Shown here: in pieces, positions 18,131 through 25,830 of the stretch | Numbering within the stretch: the stretch's first letter is position 1 | Layout: every line of letters starts with the position of its first letter | Assembly: GCA_021734025.1 (NCBI GenBank) | Contig: JAIPJS010000007.1 | Coordinates: forward strand, 28,441-92,440 | Length of the DNA: 64,000 bases | Origin: Fidelibacterota bacterium | GTDB taxonomy: Bacteria; Fidelibacterota; JAANXI01 | Direction of reading: 5' to 3' | The notes under the pieces: generated by a model | The model's database searches: none | Seen by the model: the letters and a program-made list of their open reading frames with translations, nothing else | Told to the model about the DNA's origin: nothing | Translations under genes and position numbers: made by a program

Positions 18131-18364
18131 ATGCGCATCAGCATCGAATATTGTAACGAGTGAAACTATCTCCCAAAAGCCGCCGGTCTGGCGGAAAACA
18201 TATTACAAACCTTCGGCACCCGGATTCAGGAACTGACCTTGCTGCCTTCCGGGGGAGGCGTCTTCGAAATCGAATTGAACGGAAGCCTGGAATATTCCAA
18301 GAAACAGACCGGATCGTTCCCAGGAGAAGATGCAATCATTGATATGATCCGCCAGCGGTTGTAA
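18131..18364 (+). CDS. selW: SelW/Rdx-family selenoprotein. The in-frame TGA at 18161-18163 is read as Sec (CxxU motif CNEU). Missed by the ORF track.
   Basis: Read-through translation gives MRISIEYCNEUNYLPKAAGLAENILQTFG...GGGVFEIELNGSLEYSKKQTGSFPGEDAIIDMIRQRL. bSECIS-like hairpin ccgcc-GGUCU-ggcgg at 18180-18194. Starts 3 nt after the pepN stop. Confidence 0.75.
18164..18200 (+). promoter_or_regulatory. Bacterial SECIS element (stem ccgcc/ggcgg, loop GGUCU) directing Sec insertion at UGA 18161
   Basis: The loop is identical to the apical loop of the E. coli fdhF SECIS (GGUCU, with the conserved G and U). The hairpin begins 17 nt after the UGA. Confidence 0.6.
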
Positions 18365-18702
18365 CTGATCGGAATCCGAAAAAAGTGAGTATACAATGCA
18401 TGGTACAGAGAGATAAAGGGTATGGGTATAGTCTTCCGCTTAAAGGCCGCGAAGCGGGTTTAAGCGGAAGATTATCGAAGATTCACCGGAGTAATCCGGT
18501 TCAAGATGGAACTCATAATTCCTGTTGAACCCGCTGTTCAGGGGGGATAGCACTCTATATTATTTTGTCCCGAATAATTCATCGCAATAAAAACCTGTTT
18601 CCTCCCCAGGCAGAAAAAAGCTGTTCACTCCAACCTCACGACGCATTATATTCTGGAGCCGAGGGGACACTTTTCTAAATTCTTACCGATCAATACTATT
18701 TC

Positions 18703-21700
18703 ATGGATCAACAACAGTTAGAACAGTTCCAGCGTAAAGATGTCCGCATACTATTTGTGGCTGTCGCCATAGCTCTGGTTTCCATTGTGGTCACCTGGGT
18801 CTATTTCGACGACGCATTTCCTGAGGCAAGTATCCGATTTGAGGTCGATAAAGAGGCGTCGGAGACTATCGGGCAGCAATTTCTCGAAACGCTGGGCTTT
18901 ACAATATCTCCCTATAAACATGCTTCGATTTTCGATTACGATAACCAGGCCAAAATCTATTTGGAGCGTACCCAGGGACTGGAAGAGACCAACGACTTGC
19001 TTTCCGGGTCTATACGAATCTGGCGGTGGAATCATCGCTGGTATCAGTCCAAAGAAAAGGAAGAATTTCAGGTTGCCGTCAGCCCGCGGGGTGCGATTAT
19101 ACGGTACGACCATGTGTTACCGGAAGATGCCGGAGACGCGCATCTGAGTGAGCGGGAGGCCCGTGCACTGGCTGAAGAGACGATGACCTCAACGCTGAGC
19201 AGATCGCTGACGAATTTGACCTTTTTGGAGCACGCCTCCGAAAAACTGCCGAACCGAACGGATCATACCTTTACCTGGCGACGTACCGATCTCATTTCTG
19301 GTGACTCAAATGCCGATTACCGATACGAAGTCACCATCAAGGGAGATGAATTCGGGGGATACCGGGAGTACCTGAAAGTCCCGGAGGCATGGTCGAGAGA
19401 ATACCAGCAGCTTCGATCGGCAAATAACACCACCGGACAGGTGGCGTCGTTCTTTTTATTATTGACCGTCCTCGTAATGCTCGTGGTCTTAATCCAGAAG
19501 TCCCGCCTTGGCGACATCAAATGGAAAACCGGCCTGAAATTCGGCGTGGTGGCGTTTGTGCTCATGCTGGCCAGCCAGCTGAATTCCCTGCCGATCACGC
19601 TATACAATTATTCCACAACCGATGCATACGGTGATTTTCTCACACAGGAGATCCTGCTCAGTCTGTTACAGGCACTTTTGGCTGGCGGTGGGATATTCTT
19701 CCTGACTGCGGCGGCCGAACCACTCTACCGGGAGCGCTACGGTGATAAACTCTCTGTAAGCAAGGCCTTCACCCTTCGCGGTATCAAAACGAAAAAATTC
19801 TTCATCGCTATCGTCGTCGGACTGGTGCTGACCTGTTTCTTTATGGCGTACCAGACGGTATTCTACCTCATATCTGCAAATCTCGGCGCCTGGTCACCGG
19901 CAGATATTCCGTATTCGGAGCTGTTGAACACGGCAATCCCCTGGATCTTTGTCCTGCTGATGGGATTTTTTCCCGCTGTATCAGAAGAATTTATCTCCCG
20001 GATGTTTTCCATCCCATTTCTGGAAAAATATTTAAAGGTCCGCTGGCTGGCGGTGCTTATTCCGGCGCTCATCTGGGGGTTCGGACACGCCGCTTACCCG
20101 AATCAGCCATTTTATATCCGCGGGCTGGAGGTCGGTGTGGCCGGCGTCATTATCGGATATGTAATGCTCCGATTCGGTATTGTCGCTGCGCTCATCTGGC
20201 ACTATACCGTCGATGCCCTTTATACGGCATTCCTCCTGTTCAGAAGCGGCGATCCGTACTTTATCGCCTCTGGCGCCATCTCCACCGGGATCTTCCTGAT
20301 TCCGTTGGTCATAGCAGGAATTTTTTATCTTCGTAACGGCGGATTCCTGCCGTCACAATCGCTGACAAACCAGGACGAAGGATCGGCCCCACCCAGACCA
20401 CCCAGTGAGCCAAAACAATTCGAAATACGGTATAACAAACTCTCGTATCGCAAAATCGGCATCGGAATTGTCGCCGGGTTAATTCTGTTTTCCGGTATTT
20501 TTCTGTCCAGCAAGAGCCCCACCGATTTCGTGAACGTAAAAATCAGCAAACAGGAAATTATCGAGGACGGACACCAGTGGCTCAAGTCCCGTACCGATTC
20601 GGCTGAGGCCTTCCGGCGAGCCGTAACCATGTCCTCAGGAAATCGCGCCCAGGTGTTGAAGTATCTTCTGGAGAATACCACCGTCGATTCTGCACAGATG
20701 GTGCTGGAGGATCTCCTCTATCCCGAGTACTGGCGGATTCGTTATTTCCACCCGCTGGAAAAGGAAGAGTACCGGCTGCATTACCACCCGGATACCGGCG
20801 AGTTGCTGGCGTTTCAGCACATTGTCTCAGAATCGACACCGGGCGATTCGCTTACGGAACTGGAGGCGCGGGATCGGGCATTTGCCTGGCTTGTTTCCAA
20901 TGATGTGGATACGAGTATGTACACGATCCGTAGCGTGGAGCAAAACGCCCGGCCAAATCGGCTGGACTACGAAATAACCTTCGAGGGGCGCGATTCGTTT
21001 TGGGCCAATATCGGGCAGGGAAAAGCACTCTTACGGATGTCCGTCACCGGCGGTGAAGTCGGTAAATTTATCCGGGATTATAAACTGCCGGAAGAGTGGC
21101 TCCGAACCCGGACAGCGCAAACACTGGGGCGGACGTTCCATAACATCGGCCGGATCGTGGTGCTGATACTTTTTGGCATCAGCGGCATTGTACTGCTCAT
21201 TGTCAAACTCAGAAATACGGACTCTTTTCAGTGGCGGCCAACAATTGTTATCGGAATTATCGTCGCTCTCCTGGTGGTGCTGACTCAGCTGAACCGCTGG
21301 AGCGTACTGGTGAGTGAATATACCACGACTATACCGTGGTCTCAGTTTCAGATCGGACTGGTTATTTCGCTGATTCTGGCAGGGATCGTGTACGGGGGGA
21401 TAATTCTGCTTGGTACGGCCCTGGCCCGTTTGTACTACCCCGGGAGCCTCCTGGCGTGGAAGGCGCCGGAACGGTATGTGTTTGCCAGAGATTCCCTGTT
21501 CACGGTGCTGATCGCGCTTTTGGGATTTGTTGGGTTGACCGAAATTCAATCCTGGATAAAACTCCAGTTTCCGGCACTGGCACTTTTTTCGACGGACACT
21601 ATTCCGACGTTTCTGAGCTCAACGATACCGGCATTCGGTGCCATTGGCAGCGCATTCACCCAGGGGTTATTGTATGCAGTAGGACTTGGACTATTCACCA

Positions 21701-22056
21701 TCATCTGGAATAAATATTTTAACCACGGATTGCTACGTTTCCTGTTGGTGGTGTTGGTTTTCCTCGCACTGGTGCCACCCCGGATGTTGACGTGGAGCGA
21801 ATGGGGGCTACAAGCACTGTTAACGCTGCTCCCACTTCTGTGGAGTGGCGCAATCTGGTGGTATTATATGCGCGATAATTACCTCTCCTATCTCATGATT
21901 CCCCTCTATTTGCTGGGACTAAGATTCGGATATGAACTCTACATGCAGAATGGTTCGGCCTATATCATTCATGGAATAGTGGTGTTTGCGATATTTTCGA
22001 TACTGTGGTTCTGGACACTTGCTGACGCCCTCAGGCACCGGGATGAAAACGGGTAG
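18703..22056 (+). CDS. Large internally duplicated membrane protein with CPBP (CAAX protease/Abi) intramembrane glutamic endopeptidase domain
   Basis: CPBP motifs EEFISR (EExxxR) and WGFGHAAY (FxxxH). Two repeats of [TM anchor - soluble PepSY-like segment (…LSEREARALAEE… / …LTELEARDRAFAW…) - polytopic TM block]. Confidence 0.6.
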   Translation: MDQQQLEQFQRKDVRILFVAVAIALVSIVVTWVYFDDAFPEASIRFEVDKEASETIGQQFLETLGFTISPYKHASIFDYDNQAKIYLERTQGLEETNDLLSGSIRIWRWNHRWYQSKEKEEFQVAVSPRGAIIRYDHVLPEDAGDAHLSEREARALAEETMTSTLSRSLTNLTFLEHASEKLPNRTDHTFTWRRTDLISGDSNADYRYEVTIKGDEFGGYREYLKVPEAWSREYQQLRSANNTTGQVASFFLLLTVLVMLVVLIQKSRLGDIKWKTGLKFGVVAFVLMLASQLNSLPITLYNYSTTDAYGDFLTQEILLSLLQALLAGGGIFFLTAAAEPLYRERYGDKLSVSKAFTLRGIKTKKFFIAIVVGLVLTCFFMAYQTVFYLISANLGAWSPADIPYSELLNTAIPWIFVLLMGFFPAVSEEFISRMFSIPFLEKYLKVRWLAVLIPALIWGFGHAAYPNQPFYIRGLEVGVAGVIIGYVMLRFGIVAALIWHYTVDALYTAFLLFRSGDPYFIASGAISTGIFLIPLVIAGIFYLRNGGFLPSQSLTNQDEGSAPPRPPSEPKQFEIRYNKLSYRKIGIGIVAGLILFSGIFLSSKSPTDFVNVKISKQEIIEDGHQWLKSRTDSAEAFRRAVTMSSGNRAQVLKYLLENTTVDSAQMVLEDLLYPEYWRIRYFHPLEKEEYRLHYHPDTGELLAFQHIVSESTPGDSLTELEARDRAFAWLVSNDVDTSMYTIRSVEQNARPNRLDYEITFEGRDSFWANIGQGKALLRMSVTGGEVGKFIRDYKLPEEWLRTRTAQTLGRTFHNIGRIVVLILFGISGIVLLIVKLRNTDSFQWRPTIVIGIIVALLVVLTQLNRWSVLVSEYTTTIPWSQFQIGLVISLILAGIVYGGIILLGTALARLYYPGSLLAWKAPERYVFARDSLFTVLIALLGFVGLTEIQSWIKLQFPALALFSTDTIPTFLSSTIPAFGAIGSAFTQGLLYAVGLGLFTIIWNKYFNHGLLRFLLVVLVFLALVPPRMLTWSEWGLQALLTLLPLLWSGAIWWYYMRDNYLSYLMIPLYLLGLRFGYELYMQNGSAYIIHGIVVFAIFSILWFWTLADALRHRDENG

Positions 22057-22270
22057 TCCAATCATCATGCAAAGAACGATTTTGCCAGAGATGGGAAACC
22101 TCGAGGGGCTTTTAATTTTTCTATACATATTTTTCCCGATATAACTAGTTAATTTTCTTAGATTTTCATATCTGAAATGATATGTTCCCAAGCGGGAATA
22201 AAAGTTGCACTCAGATTTCCAAAGAAGTTTATGACATCGTGAATGTCCAAATCCCCCCGGAGGTGCACCT

Positions 22271-23170
22271 GTGAATTGGTTGAATAAACTGATTGTTGGT
22301 ATGATGCCCCTGGCGCCGAATTTCCTGATAGGCCAGGTGGCAAAACGCTATATGGCCGGAGAGACGCTGGAGGATGGAATCCAGCAGGTCTATGATCTGA
22401 ATAATCGCGGTTTTCTCGGAACAATGGATGTACTCGGTGAGAGCATCACGAATAAAGCGGAGACCGAAAAACCGTTGCGACTATACAAGGAGTTAATCCG
22501 GGAGTTGGGGCAGCACCCGGAGATCCGCACCGGGATTTCGGTGAAACTGACCCAGCTGGGATTGAGTATCGATCCGGAGTTCTGCTGGGAAAATTTTCAT
22601 CAGATTATGGAGCTGGGCCGGGAGAGCGATCTCTTCATCCGAATAGATATGGAAGATTCCAGCGTCACCGAGGATACGCTACAAATCGTGGAACGGGCGC
22701 ATGCGGAATACAAAAAAATCGGAGCCGTCATTCAGGCCTATCTTCACCGCTCAGCGGAAGACATGCATCGGCTGCTGGAGCAGGATATCAACGTCCGGCT
22801 CTGCAAGGGGATTTATAAGGAACCCCCGTCAATCGCATTCCAGGGAAAAGAAGAGGTTCGACAAAACTTCATTAAACTCGGGAAGATCTATCTGGACAAT
22901 GGTGGATATATCGGGCTTGCCACCCATGATGAGTTTTTGATCGATCATTTCCGGACCTATATCGATAATAAAGATATTTCTGAGGATAAATACGAATACC
23001 AGGCATTGTTAGGAGTGCCGGTCGAGCATATCCTCGAGCCGCTGGTGGATGAAGGGAAAACCGTTCGGATTTACGTACCGTTCGGCGAGGATTGGTACGC
23101 ATACAGTTCCCGCCGCCTAAAGGAAAATCCCGACATTGCCGGATACGTGGTGAAGGACTTTTTTAAGTGA
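22271..23170 (+). CDS. Proline dehydrogenase (PRODH family)
   Basis: About 300 aa with conserved blocks MDVLGE, IRIDMEDS, VRLCKGIYKE, GLATHDE, LLGV. GTG start. Confidence 0.8.
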   Translation: MNWLNKLIVGMMPLAPNFLIGQVAKRYMAGETLEDGIQQVYDLNNRGFLGTMDVLGESITNKAETEKPLRLYKELIRELGQHPEIRTGISVKLTQLGLSIDPEFCWENFHQIMELGRESDLFIRIDMEDSSVTEDTLQIVERAHAEYKKIGAVIQAYLHRSAEDMHRLLEQDINVRLCKGIYKEPPSIAFQGKEEVRQNFIKLGKIYLDNGGYIGLATHDEFLIDHFRTYIDNKDISEDKYEYQALLGVPVEHILEPLVDEGKTVRIYVPFGEDWYAYSSRRLKENPDIAGYVVKDFFK

Positions 23171-23550
23171 TGAAACCGGTAACGGGGTATAAGGTATAGG
23201 GGTATAAGGGTATAGAGAGTAGGGTTTTTCTTAATCTTCCCATAGGGATCCCTTTGGGATAATCATAATCTTACTCTTACTCGATTCTACCTTGAAAAGC
23301 TGAATGGAAATGGGAGAAAGGTGCAGGGAGAAGGGAGAACGGAACAGATTGAATATCCAATTTTCTAGTTCACAACACAATAGGAGAAAGTTGTTGGTAG
23401 TAACCGCTTCAGCGGTTTTTCGTTTTGAATGAAGAGCATAGAATGAAAACAACGAACAAAAGCGCGGCTAAACCAGTCGTGAGCTTGGTCGAACGAGCCG
23501 CGACTACCAACGATAATACCATAACTTAAACTCTATAACACCGGAGTAAC
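23171..23550. repeat. Mosaic intergenic repeat element, copy B (complete): GGTATAAGG array, TTAATCTT, palindrome cccataGGGATCCCtttggg, TACTCTTACTCGATTCTACCTTGAAAAGC, GGAGAAGGG words, hairpin aaccgcTTCAgcggtt, hairpin cgcggct...agccgcg + GACTACCAAC, TAACAC words
   Basis: Approximately 85% identical over about 150 nt to 1-150. Shares modules with 13046-13357. Confidence 0.6.
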
Positions 23551-24807
23551 ATGCGTGATCCCATCCTAACCCCCACATTTTTCGAACGCAATCGAGAGAA
23601 GTTCATCGCCAGGATGGAAGAGCAGAGCATTGCTGTCTTCCATGCAGCGACGCCGGTCGTAAACAGCGTGGACCAGTTCCATCAATTCCGGCAGTCCAGC
23701 GACTTCTTTTATTTTACCGGACTGGAAAAGCCGGGTTGTATCCTGATGATGCATCCGGAGGATGCCAAAGGAAAGACGACAACATTGTTTATTCCGCAAC
23801 CGGACCCGTCCAAAGAGGTCTGGGAAGGCACCATGCTGGACAAGGAGACCGCCGAAGAAATCAGTGGTATCGACGCCAAATACATCCAATGGGAAAAAAG
23901 TTTTGAAGATACGTTCATCCACGCTCAGCGGGACAGGGAGGTACTCTACGCGGATTACGATGACCTGGGGTTCAAATATGGGACGTCAAAAAATGTCGCC
24001 TTTGTCGGGAAAGTCCGCAAATCTCTCCCGGCGCTGGATATCGTAAAGGTGGGTAAAATCACTCACGATCTCCGTCGGATTAAGCAGCCGGAAGAGATCC
24101 AGCTGATCGAGCAGGCCATAGAAATCACTGGGAAGGCGCTGGAAGCTATCTGGAAACGGTTATCTCCGGGAGTCATGGAATATGAGCTGGAAGCGGAACT
24201 AGCCTATCATTGCATCGCAAACAACGCCCGCCGGTATGCGTACGAGCCGATTATCGCGTCAGGGATTAACGCGGCTACACTCCACTACATCGACAACTCC
24301 AAACAGGTAAATGATGGCGAACTGCTCCTGACTGACGTAGGAGCAGAGTACTCCCACTACTGTGCAGATATCACGAGAACAGTTCCGGTGAACGGTACTT
24401 TTACCGATCGGCAACGGGAGATCTATGAAGCCGTATTATCGGTTGAAAAGACAATCATTGAATCGGTGAAGCCTGGCGTGAAGATGAAGGAACTAAACGC
24501 GGAGGCCAAAGATATGCTTGGCGATCGGTTAATGGATTTGGAACTCATCGGTGATAAGGAGGAGACCGGGAAATATTATATGCACTCCATTGGCCATTTC
24601 CTGGGCTTGGATACTCATGACGTAGGCAGCACCAAGCCACCGCTGGAGCCGGGCAATATACTCACTATTGAGCCGGGGATTTATGTCCAGGAAGAACAAC
24701 TCGGTGTTCGTATCGAGGACGACGTACTTGTTACCGAAGACGGTTGCCGTGTACTGTCTGAAGACATCCCCAAAGATGTGGAGGCGGTTGAGTCACAGGC
24801 AGGATAA
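23551..24807 (+). CDS. pepP: Xaa-Pro aminopeptidase (M24B)
   Basis: Metal ligands in the context DVGAEYSHYCADITRT, HSIGHFLGLDTHD, ILTIEPGIY and VRIEDDVLVT. Confidence 0.85.
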   Translation: MRDPILTPTFFERNREKFIARMEEQSIAVFHAATPVVNSVDQFHQFRQSSDFFYFTGLEKPGCILMMHPEDAKGKTTTLFIPQPDPSKEVWEGTMLDKETAEEISGIDAKYIQWEKSFEDTFIHAQRDREVLYADYDDLGFKYGTSKNVAFVGKVRKSLPALDIVKVGKITHDLRRIKQPEEIQLIEQAIEITGKALEAIWKRLSPGVMEYELEAELAYHCIANNARRYAYEPIIASGINAATLHYIDNSKQVNDGELLLTDVGAEYSHYCADITRTVPVNGTFTDRQREIYEAVLSVEKTIIESVKPGVKMKELNAEAKDMLGDRLMDLELIGDKEETGKYYMHSIGHFLGLDTHDVGSTKPPLEPGNILTIEPGIYVQEEQLGVRIEDDVLVTEDGCRVLSEDIPKDVEAVESQAG

Positions 24808-25203
24808 AAGAATAGCACGCAGATACACGCTGAAAAAACGGATTATCACAGATAAAACTAAGTTTTCTGATAAGAATAAACCTGAACAGATGAAGTTGGT
24901 TTTGGCATTATTCTTTTTACTTGCAAATTCCCGGGGCGAGCGCCTGGAATTCCGGCAATCTCTATAGCGGGTTTGTGACAAAAAAAGTATGTACAACAGG
25001 ATATCCACCTGCAACAGCATATCCTGAACAGTCTGGTGTCAATAAATATGAGTAGCCCCGCCATTCATGGCGGGGAATGGAATGCCGTTTCTATTTGGGG
25101 GCTTCAGCCCCCAATGTTGCTTAGTGATCGCAGAATCACTCTGCGTTCATCCGTTTTTTCGCGAACTCCGGCCTGTCGGGGGCTGCGTGCTATTCTTTAG
25201 AGG

Positions 25204-25725
25204 TTATTCTTCACCCTCGCCGGCAGCCGGAGCGCCCTGACGTTGTCCAAGTTCCTTGTCCAGCATGTACAAGCCGCTTTTGTCATCACCGATGATGTTC
25301 AGTTTGTCAAGAATGCCCTTAAACAATGTTTCCTCTTCCACCTGCTCGTCCAGATACCAATGCATAAAGTTATAGGTGCTGTAGTCCTTCTCTTCCAGGG
25401 AGACATCCACAATTTCGTGAATAGCTTTGGTGTTTTGCCTTTCCTGCTCCAGGGCATTCTCAAAAGTCGAGCCGAACGATTCAAATTTCACCGGCGGCTT
25501 TTCAATCTCAGGCGCAACGGCATGTCCGTCCATGTCGTTCACGTAGTGGAAAATCCGCATGCCGTGTTCCCGCTCTTCATTGGACTGTGCGACAAAGAAG
25601 TGGGCAGCGCCTTCGTAGCCCTGGGTATCGCACCAGGACGCCAGCGCGAGATAATAATGCGAAGCATAAAATTCCTTTGCGATTTGATCATTGAGCAACG
25701 CTTCAATTTTATCAGAAATCATCAA
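25204..25725 (-). CDS. ftn: Ferritin (non-haem, Ftn-type)
   Basis: Ferroxidase-centre residues in FYASHYYLALASW, SNEEREHGMRIF and EQE. Confidence 0.8.
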   Translation of the reverse strand: MMISDKIEALLNDQIAKEFYASHYYLALASWCDTQGYEGAAHFFVAQSNEEREHGMRIFHYVNDMDGHAVAPEIEKPPVKFESFGSTFENALEQERQNTKAIHEIVDVSLEEKDYSTYNFMHWYLDEQVEEETLFKGILDKLNIIGDDKSGLYMLDKELGQRQGAPAAGEGEE

Positions 25726-25830
25726 TTTCCTCCTCTTGGTAAAGATTATCTTCCAACGGTCTTAATATAATTAACAGAAATTTGAATATCAGTTGAAAGG
25801 TGGAGTAAGATTACCCCAGGGAGATGGAGA

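Noticed and set aside
18138-18342. ORF-track entries 18160-18342 (+) and 18138-18335 (-) in the pepN-CPBP spacer
   Set aside because: Both are out-of-frame shadows of the SelW-like gene, which reads through TGA at 18161. Neither shows protein-like composition.
22057-22270. ccTCGAGg palindrome after the CPBP gene, as a possible terminator
   Set aside because: The stem is too short to be sure (a self-complementary 8-mer with no loop). The region was left unannotated.
24668-24967. 99-aa + ORF overlapping the pepP 3' end and spacer
   Set aside because: It overlaps a well-supported gene, has basic low-complexity composition, and has no start context.
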